Shown: positions 41,538-51,369, counted from the stretch's first letter. The stretch is DNA of 64,000 bases from Candidatus Methanophagales archaeon (GCA_024699715.1 JANPRD010000002.1:219372-283371), one strand, 5' to 3'. A program made the numbers and translations. Notes: a model not told the origin generated them from the letters alone.

Positions 41538-44330
41538 ATGGTCAGAGAAAAAATAATAAATTGGCTTAAAAAGCTGGAACAAATAAAAGATTACATTGAA
41601 ACCTTTGAAATTGCCCCAGCCATTAGTATTCTTGGCATAATCGACATTTCATTTGCTAAAGGTAAAATCAAGTTAAACCCTGAAGAATGGGATGATGAGG
41701 ATAAAGAAAACATCGCTAATTTTCTACGCACTCATATAGATATAACTTTAAAGGAGTTTGAAGAACTACTTAAAAAGGAAATTAGGGAAGTTTCAGAAGA
41801 AAAGCAAAAATCAATCCGAGAGCAACTTGATCAGTTTAGTAAATTACTCACACGGTTGCTCGTTGAAAACCCATTAATTCCGTTAGAAGAATTTGAAAGA
41901 AGGGCTGAAATTGAGCCGTTACTGAAATATGAATTCGTCGGTAGAGAATCAGAACTTGAAGGACTTCGTAAGTTTTTGGAGAGCGATAAAAAAGTATTTC
42001 TGCTTACAGGAGATGGTGGTGTGGGTAAAACGAGATTAGCCATAGAATTTGCGAGAGAAGTGGCAAAGAGGAAAGTATCAAATGGTAATTGGGATGTTTA
42101 TTTTATAGATCAAGATAGAGAATTCAAATATCCTGTGGTCTCTAATGTGCTGGGCAATAGGAATACTTTACTCATTTTAGATGATACATCAAGATATCGT
42201 AATAGAGATCGTGTTATTGGATTTATACAGAATCCGCCTGAGGGTAGAAACATAAAACTTTTGCTCATTGACAGACCTATCTTTAAGGGATTTATTATAA
42301 ACGAAGTAAAAGAAAGGGGTATATCTGTGGAAGAACTCCAAATTGGAGGAGGAAACATCTCTTCCTTTATTGAAAGAAATTTTGAAATAAGAAGAGAGGA
42401 TGCGGAGCGGATACAAGAGGAGTCTGGAGGCAATTTCGTAATCGCCATATTTCTCGCAGAATATTACAGAGATAAGGGAAGGATTGGAAAACAGAAAGAA
42501 GCCGTAGATTACAGAATAGAGAAATATAAGAAAGATATTAAGGAGCATACGGGTATTCCCATCGACGATATTGAGAATACTCTTTTCCTGTTATCACTTC
42601 TTACTCCTATTGAGTGGAAAAAAGACTCCAAATATATTCAAGAGGTTTTAAATCATCTGCCAGCGTATGAGTTCCACTATTTGAAAAAGGTTATAGGTTT
42701 GGCGGGTAGAGATTTCTTTATATTGAAATCTGGTGAAAAGTATGTTTTCAAATATGACCTCATTGCCGAGTATTTTTTATCTCAGTTTATGGAAAGAGAG
42801 GATTTTGATGAAATTGTGAAGGAATTCCTTCCTTACATGCCTTCTAGAATATCCTACAATATTCTTATGACTCTAAGATTTTTTATTCCAAGATATCTTA
42901 TAGAAAAAGCAGAGGAAATTGCTCAAACACTGAGATTTTTTGGAGAAGAAGCAGAAGAAACGGTTCAAACACTGAGATTTTTTAGAGAAGAAGCAAGAAA
43001 AGCGGTTCAAAATGAAAAAGTGAAAAAAGCATTTCAAATACTTGGTGAAATATGGGAAGAATTAAATAAGATTGAAGGTCAGACACCTGAATATTTTTCA
43101 GCGTTGGTGTTACTTACAGGTAATCCTTTTCTTGATGCTCCTGATATAGAAAAAATAAACATAAATCATTGGATTCAGTGCTATGAGAAGGTCTCCAAAG
43201 ACTATCCAGAAGAGATAAAAGAGGTAAGAGAAAACCTCGCCAAAGCTTTGGTTAATGCAGCGAACCATTTCGGGAAGGCAGGTAAGATTGAGGATATGGA
43301 AAATTGCTTGGAAAAATTGGAGGAACTTCACAAAGAATATCAAGAGAAAGAATTAAGGGAAGAACTTGCCAAAGCTTTGCTTAATGCAACAGCTGATTAC
43401 GGGAGGGCAGAAAGGTTTAACGAGATGGAGGCTTGTCTTGAAGAGCTAAGAGAACTTCACAAAAAGCATCCAGAGAAAGAGGTGCGAGAAAAACTTGCCA
43501 TGGGCTTGTATAATGCGGCAAACAATTATGTTAAGGTGGGTAAGTTAGAAAAGATGGAATCCTATCTTAAAGAGTTGAGAGAGCTTCACATGAAGTATGA
43601 AGAGAAAGAGATAAGGGAAGAACTTGCCAAAGCTTTGTTTAATGCAACAGGATATTACGGTGAAGCAGGTAAGTTAGAGAAAATGGAAGCATGCCTGGGA
43701 GAATTGAGAGAGCTTCACCTCAGGTATCCAGAAAAGGGGGTAAGAGTAGGACTTGCCATAGGCTTGTTTAATGCAACGAACTATTACGGCAGGAGAAATA
43801 AGCTTAACAAGATGGAAGATTGTCTTAAAGAGCTGAGAGAGCTTCACATGGAGTATAAGGAAAGAGAGGTAAGAGAAGAACTTGCTGGAGGCTTGTTTAA
43901 TGCAGCGCACTATTACGGTGTGGCGGGTAGGTTAGAAGAGATGGAGGCTTTTCTTAAAGAGTTGAGAGAACTTCACAAAGAATATCCAGAGAGGGTGATA
44001 AGAGAAGAACTTGCCAAAGCTTTGGTTAATGCAACGAGTTATTACGGTAAGAGAGATAAGCTTGTCGAGATGGAAGTTTGCCTGAGAGACCTGAGGGCAC
44101 TTCACATAGAGCATCCAGAGAAAGAGGTAAGAGAAGAACTCGCCAAAGGTTTGTTTAATGCAATTTACCATTATGGTAGGAGAGGTATGATAGTCAAGAT
44201 GGAAGCTTGCTTGAGAGCACTAAGGGAACTCTACCTAAATCATCCAGAGGAAGAAGTGAGAAAAGAGCTTGCTAAGGGTTTGTCTTATATGCGGATGTAT
44301 AGGAGGAGGTTATTACAGTTGGGCGGATAG
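41538..44330 (+). CDS. STAND-type P-loop NTPase with an unknown N-terminal domain and eight 43-aa TPR-like helical repeats
   Basis: 930-aa intact ORF. FVGRESELEGLRKFL, Walker A GDGGVGKT, Walker B LLILDD. AT-rich (19 GC in nt 41581-41640 versus 31 GC in nt 45001-45060). Confidence 0.75.
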   Translation: MVREKIINWLKKLEQIKDYIETFEIAPAISILGIIDISFAKGKIKLNPEEWDDEDKENIANFLRTHIDITLKEFEELLKKEIREVSEEKQKSIREQLDQFSKLLTRLLVENPLIPLEEFERRAEIEPLLKYEFVGRESELEGLRKFLESDKKVFLLTGDGGVGKTRLAIEFAREVAKRKVSNGNWDVYFIDQDREFKYPVVSNVLGNRNTLLILDDTSRYRNRDRVIGFIQNPPEGRNIKLLLIDRPIFKGFIINEVKERGISVEELQIGGGNISSFIERNFEIRREDAERIQEESGGNFVIAIFLAEYYRDKGRIGKQKEAVDYRIEKYKKDIKEHTGIPIDDIENTLFLLSLLTPIEWKKDSKYIQEVLNHLPAYEFHYLKKVIGLAGRDFFILKSGEKYVFKYDLIAEYFLSQFMEREDFDEIVKEFLPYMPSRISYNILMTLRFFIPRYLIEKAEEIAQTLRFFGEEAEETVQTLRFFREEARKAVQNEKVKKAFQILGEIWEELNKIEGQTPEYFSALVLLTGNPFLDAPDIEKININHWIQCYEKVSKDYPEEIKEVRENLAKALVNAANHFGKAGKIEDMENCLEKLEELHKEYQEKELREELAKALLNATADYGRAERFNEMEACLEELRELHKKHPEKEVREKLAMGLYNAANNYVKVGKLEKMESYLKELRELHMKYEEKEIREELAKALFNATGYYGEAGKLEKMEACLGELRELHLRYPEKGVRVGLAIGLFNATNYYGRRNKLNKMEDCLKELRELHMEYKEREVREELAGGLFNAAHYYGVAGRLEEMEAFLKELRELHKEYPERVIREELAKALVNATSYYGKRDKLVEMEVCLRDLRALHIEHPEKEVREELAKGLFNAIYHYGRRGMIVKMEACLRALRELYLNHPEEEVRKELAKGLSYMRMYRRRLLQLGG

Positions 44331-44440
44331 ATTTGATGAGATGTGGAAGCTTGCTTGAAGAACTGAGGGAACCAAAGTCTGGGAGAAAGAAATAGGAGAG
44401 AAACTTGCTATGGGCGTGCTTAATGCAAATTTTTGAACAT
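43230..44440 (+). repeat. Tandem 129-bp (43-aa) coding repeats: 8 intact units plus about 2 frameshifted, decayed units beyond the current stop
   Basis: Units of the form ELAKALxNAxxYYGxxGKLxxMExCLxELRELHxxYPEKEVRE. After 44330 the same motif continues in other frames (YYSWADRFDEMWKLA, EKLAMGVLNANF). Confidence 0.85.
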
Positions 44441-44638
44441 GCTGACATCAAAAAAGACTGTGGAAGCATCTGAGATGCCGTTCCACGAATGAAGAGAGGG
44501 GTGCTGTTTAAGTGCCGAAAATGCGGGAGGTGCATAGGCAGTAAGCGCTGTAAGGGCCCCGTGGAGTCCATACGGGAGTCACTGCGCCCGTCGCTCTTGC
44601 AAGGTGAGAGTATGCACGGCTTCGGTCGTGGGAGGACT

Positions 44639-45850
44639 TCAGCTATTGCGGCGTCTCCTCTCCCGCAGTGCTTTGAAGAAGCGTTTTCCTTTTCGTGAGG
44701 CATCCACGCTGAACTGTTCCAAGCCCGGGACGATGACACGCACAACAGGCACGCCAAGCTCTTCTCTTGTGAGTTCAACGAAGAGAGCGAGTTTGAAATT
44801 ACGCCTTCGCAGCGCCTCAAGTGTTATTTGAATGTCCTCAGAGATGTCTTTCGCAGAGATGTCCTCAATCGCTTCAAATGATTTCATCGCAGCGGGGGAG
44901 AACCAGTGCTTGTTTATTTCTTTCATTCGCTCGTAGCCAACGGAACGCATCGCTTTCACCTGTGCTGCGATGTCTTCCCTTGCTCCTTGTATTTGAACGA
45001 CACGATTTTGAGCGACCTCTGTTAATGCTCGTGCTACTGCAACAGAAGGGTCAAGGTGCGTGCCGACGCCGAAAGTAAGAAAAGCAGCATCACACAGCTC
45101 AACATCGTCAGCAACCGCTGCGACCGTCGGGATGCCTATATCTGAAGTGATGTCATGCAAATGAATTTTGATGTTTGCACGCTCAAAACGCTCAACCAAC
45201 GCTGCGAGCCTCTCAGGAACAGAATCGCATGCTATTCCCGTTGTTTTTCGTGATGCTTCCGCCAAGCTCCACGCATCACGCTCTATGACCTCAAGCAAGC
45301 CGTGAAGAATCGCCTCCTCAAGCGTGTTTCCTGATGCGAGACCGTTCGTGTTGCTTCTGAAAATGTGCATCGCACTCGCATCGGAAGGGTTGTAAGGGTG
45401 AAAAACCGCATTCGCAGGCACTAAATACTCCTCGCCGTCAAAAAGATTCTTTGCTGAAATCCATTCTAAAACGAGACTGCGAGCATCCATATTCGCAGGC
45501 AAGATAAGCGAGTTGGGGTCTATTGCACCTTCACCTTCAAGCTCGTAAAAAGAGCCTCTCACCAAATCTTCAGAATGCATCTCCGCCGAATACCTCTCAA
45601 ATGATTCCATCATCGCCGAAACTTTCGCCTCTACCGCTGTTGTCCCTTTCCCTGAATGCACGCTGACCGCACCTTGCCTCGCACTCGGTCTCATCGCAGA
45701 GAATACTGGAATTCCGACCCTGTCCAAGCCCGTGATGTCTGCTATTCTCGTGACGCCTGCAACGCTCAATTTCGGTGAAAAGCGGCGCAGCGTCTCCTCC
45801 GGCGGAACAACCCTGTGCGAAGTCCCTACATACCTGCAGAGCGACTGCAA
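44639..45850 (-). CDS. ycaO: YcaO-domain protein (methanogen marker-1 / thioamidation-type)
   Basis: 403-aa intact ORF. ITGLDRVGIPVFSAMRP, GKGTTAVEAKVSAMMESFERYSA and SNTNGLASGNTLEEAILHGLLEVIERDA are typical YcaO motifs. Confidence 0.8.
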   Translation of the reverse strand: MQSLCRYVGTSHRVVPPEETLRRFSPKLSVAGVTRIADITGLDRVGIPVFSAMRPSARQGAVSVHSGKGTTAVEAKVSAMMESFERYSAEMHSEDLVRGSFYELEGEGAIDPNSLILPANMDARSLVLEWISAKNLFDGEEYLVPANAVFHPYNPSDASAMHIFRSNTNGLASGNTLEEAILHGLLEVIERDAWSLAEASRKTTGIACDSVPERLAALVERFERANIKIHLHDITSDIGIPTVAAVADDVELCDAAFLTFGVGTHLDPSVAVARALTEVAQNRVVQIQGAREDIAAQVKAMRSVGYERMKEINKHWFSPAAMKSFEAIEDISAKDISEDIQITLEALRRRNFKLALFVELTREELGVPVVRVIVPGLEQFSVDASRKGKRFFKALRERRRRNS

Positions 45851-45983
45851 CGCCCCCCCTCACCCTCCGAAGCCTCTTAAGCAACAAAAGACACTACGAG
45901 AAGTGAGCCCTGAAGTGCAAAATGGAAATCTCAGCAGTCAAGCGGCGAAAAGCCGATGCCTGATTTTGCTGCAGAATCAGATG

Positions 45984-47292
45984 TCATCCCCCGCTTATCA
46001 CAGACAGTATTATTATTTCGTCTCCTCCCCGCACCTCCACATCTAAATCATCAATCAAGCGACCATTCAGCGAGATATTCACGAATTCATTCACCGCAGA
46101 GCCGTCAAACACACGCTTCTTGAACGCTTCTCCGTAAATCTCGGCGAGACGCCTCAAAACTTCACGAAGGGTCGCTGAACTACGAGCCTTCGCTCCTCCC
46201 TCCGCAGCATCCGCAGGCGCAGAAGAAGCTCCGACGCCGTCGCTCAATTTCAGGACGAGCTCCCTCTTCTTCGTGAGCGGAAGCAGTGCAGAGGAGAACT
46301 TCACCTTTACGGTGTGGTCGCCGCCACTCGCACCTTCGCCTTTTTTCGCTTCTCCGGTTGCTACGGCGGAGTTTCCAGCACTTAGAATTTGCTCCCTCAG
46401 CTTGAAATCCCACGCTAACTCTCGCTCAAAGTCTGCGAGAACTCTGCTCTTTGGTCGGCGAAGCCACTGCAATCGCTCTTCGTTCTGGTCTTTCATGCTC
46501 CTTCGCTTAACTGTGAGGTCTGGGTAGACAGTGAGCCATGTGCGCTGAGGCGGAGGCGTCGGGAACTCTCTGAAGCAACTCCTGCTCACAATCACATTCT
46601 TCAGGTGCTTCTTCGCCGCCTCGTAAGCACGCTCCATCTCTTCAATCGTCGGAGCCCTTGAGACACGCTCAAATGCGAATGTCGGTGCGAATGGGTTAAT
46701 CCGATATTTAATGTTCTCATCTATTGATGCAAGGAACGACTGCAATTCGCTCAATTTCATCCGCTTGAACAATCCCTGGAATGTAAATTGTTTGCGCAAG
46801 CAGTTCAATGCCTTCATCGTAAAGCATCTTCACAGCGGAAAGCACAGGTTTGTTTGACTTTCCAGTATACCAGCGGTGAATTTCATCAGAAAACGCTTTA
46901 ATGTCAATGTGAACTTCCGTGAGTCCTGCGGATTTCAATGCGTGAGCGTAACTGCCACTCGCATCCTCGCCTATCGCATAGCCATTCGTCATAAGCACAA
47001 TCTCCTCAAATCCTCGCTCCCTCAAACCTGAAATGAGCGAAAGTAAGAAATCTCTGCTGATTGTCGGTTCTCCGCCCGTAATCATCGCCTTCTTCGGCAA
47101 GAAACCGTAGCACTTCTCACACGCCTTCTCAGCGAGAGAAAGCGCCTCCTCCGCAGTTAAAAGAACGCCTCCTCCGTCACGAGCAGGTCTGAAGCATCCC
47201 CTGCATCTGAAATTGCAACCCGTGAGCATGAACCAGATGCGTGGCTCAATCTCGGAGAGCGTGAAATACTGAACGCCTCTTCGCTCCGCCAT
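45984..47292 (-). CDS. Radical SAM enzyme fused to a C-terminal ThiS/MoaD-like beta-grasp domain ending Gly-Gly; one frameshift at about 46735-46760
   Basis: ORF 46717..47292 has CNFRCRGC, GGEPT and MTNG. ORF 45984..46817 continues (SFLASIDENIKYRINPF...) and ends VKVKFSSALLPL...VNISLNGRLIDDLDVEVRGGDEIIILSVISGG-stop. Confidence 0.7.
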
Positions 47293-47392
47293 CTCCTTCC
47301 TTATTTCCTCATCCGCTTATAAAAATTTGAGCGTTTTTTGAGAGAATTCCACCTCCGCCTGCTCCATGCATCGGCTTATGAGCATGAGCGCC

Positions 47393-47406
47393 TTTTATTT
47401 AAAAAA
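47393..47406 (+). promoter_or_regulatory. Putative TATA-like box for tRNA-Lys
   Basis: TTTTATTTAAAAAA is centred about 27 nt upstream of the tRNA 5' end. Confidence 0.4.
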
Positions 47407-47425
47407 GTGAATTAATGAGTAGTGG

Positions 47426-47499
47426 GGGCCGGTAGCTCAGCACGGTAGAGCAGCAGGCTCTTAACCTGCCCGTCGGGGGTTCAAATCCCTCCCGGCCCG
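47426..47499 (+). tRNA. tRNA-Lys (anticodon CUU)
   Basis: Hand fold with all four arms canonical: acceptor GGGCCGG/CCGGCCC, D arm GCTC-AGCACGGTA-GAGC, anticodon arm GCAGG-CTCTTAA-CCTGC, T arm GGGGG-TTCAAAT-CCCTC. 74 nt. Confidence 0.9.
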
Positions 47500-47586
47500 T
47501 AGCTCTCTGTGCGGGGAAGAGAGAGCGGAGGAGAGGGGAGCAAGAAAATTAGGAAGCGTTAATTTGAGTGTAGAGGAGTAGGGAAA

Positions 47587-49006
47587 ATGGGCAAGGCTTA
47601 CGATGTTGTCATTGTGGGTGCGGGTCCTGCGGGGCTTTTCGCCGCTTTTGAGCTCTGCGGAAAATTTGACAGGATTCTCGTCGTGGACAAGGGAAAGGAT
47701 GTGGGCGAGAGGCACTGCCCGATGAACTCCGCTTTGAATTGCTTGAACTGCAAGAACTGCGATATAATGTGCGGTTTGGGCGGTGCAGGCACTTTCTCAG
47801 ACGGAACGCTTAACCTTCGTCCTGACATCGGTGGCGATTTGACGGAGTTCTGCGACGCAGAGACCGCTTGGTCGCTCGTGAGATATGTTGACAAAATATT
47901 CCTCGCTCACGGCATGCCTGACAAAATTTACAGGGGCGATAAGGATGAAATTGAGAATTTGAAGCGAAGAGCGGCGGCAGTAGGCGCAAGTTTCATAGAG
48001 ATTGAGCAAAGACATATAGGCTCTGACAGAACGAAGGAAATTATTGAGAACTTCAAGCGAGATTTGGAGCAGAATGGCGTTGAATTCATGCTCAAAACTT
48101 GCATTTCCGACTTAATTATTGAAGATGGTAAGGATGAAAGCGGAGGGGATGAAAGCACTGAGGTCAAAATTTGCAGAGGCGTAATTACAGAGCGGGGAGA
48201 GAAAATAAGGAGCAGATTCACAATCCTTGCACCTGGGCGAGTGGGAGCCTCTTGGGTTGAAAGTTTGATTGAGAAATATGGCATTGAGAGCCAATATGCG
48301 GGTATTGATGTCGGAGTTCGTGTTGAAGTTCCCGCAATTACGATGGATCCAGTGACAAGAATAAACAGAGACCCGAAATTTCACATAAGAACGGACACTT
48401 ACGAGGACTTCACGAGGACTTTCTGCACAAATGAGCGGGGATTCGTTGTCAAAGAGGTTTATGATGAATTCATTGGAGTGAACGGACACTCATTTAAAGA
48501 ATAAGAAATCAGAGAACACGAACTTCGCATTTCTCGTGAGGGTTGAGCTTACGGAGCCTGTTGAGAACACCACAGAATACGGTAAGTCAATAGCGAAACT
48601 CGCAACGACAATAGGCGGAGGAAAACCCATTATTCAGCGCATGGGCGACTTGAAAAGGGGAAGAAGGTCAACTCCAGAGCGAATAAGGAGGTCTTTGGTG
48701 AAAAATACGCTCAAAGATGTTACTCCTGGGGACATATCAATGGCACTACCGCACAGAATAGTCATGGATATTGTTGAAGGGTTGGAGAAACTTGACAAGA
48801 TAATACCTGGGGTTGCTGCGGACTCAACGCTTCTCTACGCACCTGAGATAAAATTCTATGCGATGCGGCTTTGCGTGAGCGATAAAATGGAGACTTCCGT
48901 GAGAAATCTATTTGCGGCTGGGGACGGTGCGGGACTCTCAAGAGACATCGTGAATGCCGCTGCAACAGGAATACTCGCTGCGAGAGGCATCATTCAAAAA
49001 TCTTAG
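47587..49006 (+). CDS. FAD-dependent oxidoreductase (COG2509-like uncharacterised dehydrogenase); one frameshift at about 48493-48500
   Basis: [16 protein letters not shown] dinucleotide-binding motif. ORF 48536..49006 continues the protein ([21 protein letters not shown] in the second frame). The break is at an A run. Confidence 0.7.
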
Positions 49007-49079
49007 CGCCTACGCCATTAGCCTCTCACATTTGTCAGCAAAAACCGAAAGGCTTTTTAATGGATAAGTAGCCATAAGT

Positions 49080-50184
49080 ATGAAAATGCGTAAATGATGT
49101 ATTTACAGTAATTATCCTTGCTGATGCACCGCAAGTGTTACCGATGTCGTAATCGTAAACATTCTGGACGGCAATGAAAGCAATACCGCCTGAAGAAGAT
49201 TGGAACAAGACATTCGGTGGAACTGACGATGATTCATAGTCTGTCACAGCATGACTTCCGATGCTGGTATATCATCCAGGGAAGCCAAGCTCTTATGGAG
49301 TTCGAAGCGAAGATATCGCTTTGAAAAAGATAGCGAGGGAAACGAGGAATGGAAAAGACATTCGGTAGAGAACTTACTCCGATGGGGCACGATCAGTCAA
49401 GAAGAATTCCGATGGGGATACATCATCCAGGAACAAAGGTAATACGGTGCAGGGTGGCGATGAATTATCTGGCTTGTGAAAGTATAAGGAAGAGCAGGTT
49501 GAAAACCTAGCCTCCAAGCGTACAGGCGATTATTCACCGCTGAGATCGGTATGAAATCAACCTGTAACATTTGACGCATCCTCTTCTTACGACCCTGATG
49601 GTGGCAACATAACAAATTACAAATGGGACTTTGGTGATGGAAACATCACGAGCACAACAGCAGCGATAATAACGCATTTTTATTCAAAAGCAGGCAGTTA
49701 TGTTGTCAAATTGACAGTGAAAGATGACGAGGGAGCAAAGAACACCACTTCTAAAACAATAACAGTTTCTCTTGAAAAGCTTGTCTTCGATACTGGTGAG
49801 CCAGCGAATCCTTATCCAAGCATCATGGGAACACACTATGGAACTATTAAGCCAAATGTGACAATTGAGGTGTCCAGACTTTACACATATCCATGCGAAG
49901 GCACCGGCGGGCATACTGAATATGCGAGAATTTGGAACAATACTTTTAATGCAACTGCGAAGTGGGGAGGCTATGAAGGCGACTGGAAAAATATCACTTT
50001 CGATAAAACATTCACGCTTTTCGCCAACGAAACATATTTCTATGAAATCCGCACAGGCTCTTATCCGCAGATAATACATGCAAGGGAATTCGATGCAACA
50101 GGTGGAACTATTACTTGCGATAAATTCATTGATGAAAATGGGAATGTTTACTATGACTGGATACCAGCGATTAGATTATGGTAA
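49080..50184 (+). pseudogene. Decayed cell-surface protein: signal-like start, degenerate WNKTFGG/TSDGGY-type repeats, PKD domain, C-terminal beta domain
   Basis: Fragments in three frames: EEDWNKTFGGTDDD, TSDAGI..KDSEGNEEWKRH, then VTFDASSSYDPDGGNITNYKWDFGDGN...YVVKLTVKDDEGAKNT (PKD) running into ORF 49711..50184. Confidence 0.6.
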
Positions 50185-50383
50185 GAATAGTAAAGATTGA
50201 GTGTGCTTTTGCTCTGCGTTCTATCCCTCGAGGTGCATCTTATTGACTTGAATGAATTTCAGCGATTTATTCCCATCTCCTACTTTTAAGTCTAATGCAT
50301 CTGCATCGGAATAATATTTTATCCTTGCAGTTGCCTGCGGTCGGATGAGTTGAGAGGAGTGAGGGGTAGAATAAATAATACAA

Positions 50384-51226
50384 TCACCATCTTGTCGCTT
50401 CCTTAAGGCTTCTCGCAAAATCTTTCAGTTCGTTGAGCATGTCCTTATTCTCCTCGTGAGTTTCGTGCAGCATGTCTGCTCGCTCGGGTGCGTAAATGTG
50501 CTTCTCTATGATTTTAATGAATGCACTGCCGACGATTGCACCGTCAGCGATTTCGCATACCGCTCTCACATGTGAAGGCTTTGAGATGCCGAAGCCCACT
50601 GCGAGTGGCGTTTCTATGCGAACATTTGCCTGAATCTCCCTTATGCGTGAGAGCGTTGGCATCAAAACTTCAGAAAGACGCTCCCTTGCACCTGTCACAC
50701 CGAGAAGAGAAACGACATAGACAAAACCGGAGGATGCTCGCAGAATCTTCGCAATTCTTCGCTCTGTTGTCGTCGGAGAAACGAGGAAAATCGCATCAAA
50801 ATCGTGCTTTCTGCATGCTTTCAGCAGTGGAGAAGCCTCCTCAACAGGCAAATCAGGCACTATTATGCCGTTTATGCCTGCGGATTTGCATTCTTCTACG
50901 AATCTTTCATGCCCTCTTTGAAGCACGAGATTGTAGTATGTGAGGCATACCTTCTCAACGCCCTTTATTCGTGATGCGACATCAAAATACAAATCGGTGT
51001 TCATTCCCAAGCGTAAGCTATGCTCGTTTGCTCGCTGAATCGTTACGCCGTCCGCAATCGGGTCTGAGAATGGCAATCCGAGCTCAAGAATGTCAACGCC
51101 TCCCTCAACTAAAGCAGATGCAACCGAAGGCGTTGCTTCTGCGGATGGGTAGCCTGCCGTGATGAAACCGATTAACGCCCTTTCGCCTCGCTTACGAAGC
51201 TCCTCAAACTTCCGCTCAAGCACCAC
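50384..51226 (-). CDS. trpA: Tryptophan synthase alpha chain
   Basis: ALIGFITAGYP, ILELGLPFSDPIADG and VGFGIS motifs. No trpB adjacent. Confidence 0.85.
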   Translation of the reverse strand: MVLERKFEELRKRGERALIGFITAGYPSAEATPSVASALVEGGVDILELGLPFSDPIADGVTIQRANEHSLRLGMNTDLYFDVASRIKGVEKVCLTYYNLVLQRGHERFVEECKSAGINGIIVPDLPVEEASPLLKACRKHDFDAIFLVSPTTTERRIAKILRASSGFVYVVSLLGVTGARERLSEVLMPTLSRIREIQANVRIETPLAVGFGISKPSHVRAVCEIADGAIVGSAFIKIIEKHIYAPERADMLHETHEENKDMLNELKDFARSLKEATRW

Positions 51227-51369
51227 TCTTCACCCTCTCTCCCCTCCCTGCTCGTTCATTTTAAACATGCTCTAAAGCTCCTTTTCAGCTCTTCATTCGT
51301 TGGCAACGGCTCTTGCTCAATCCACGTCGCCGCACACCGCACACGCACGGCGCACATGCAAAATCTTTA

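Noticed and set aside
43230-44440. Regularly spaced tandem repeats (also 2663-3553) as a possible CRISPR array
   Set aside because: The units are contiguous with no unique spacers. They are 129 bp and 99 bp long, in frame, and translate to helical protein repeats inside long ORFs.
44272-44820. 182-aa minus-strand ORF downstream of ycaO as a possible TfuA
   Set aside because: It overlaps the ycaO 3' end and the decayed tail of the convergent STAND gene. Its sequence is Ser/Cys/Arg-rich and shows nothing TfuA-like that I can recognise.
45960-45980. Hairpin CTGATT-N9-AATCAG 4 nt after the rSAM-ThiS stop, followed by a T4 tract on the transcribed strand, as a terminator between the two genes
   Set aside because: The stem is only 6 bp and the T tract is short. 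Archaeal terminators cannot be called reliably from this. If real, it would argue against co-transcription with ycaO, so it is noted but not called.
47426-47499. Functional link between the SAMP-like domain and the neighbouring tRNA-Lys (Urm1/SAMP-type tRNA thiolation)
   Set aside because: The anticodon is CUU, not the UUU species that receives 2-thiolation. The adjacency is most simply coincidental.
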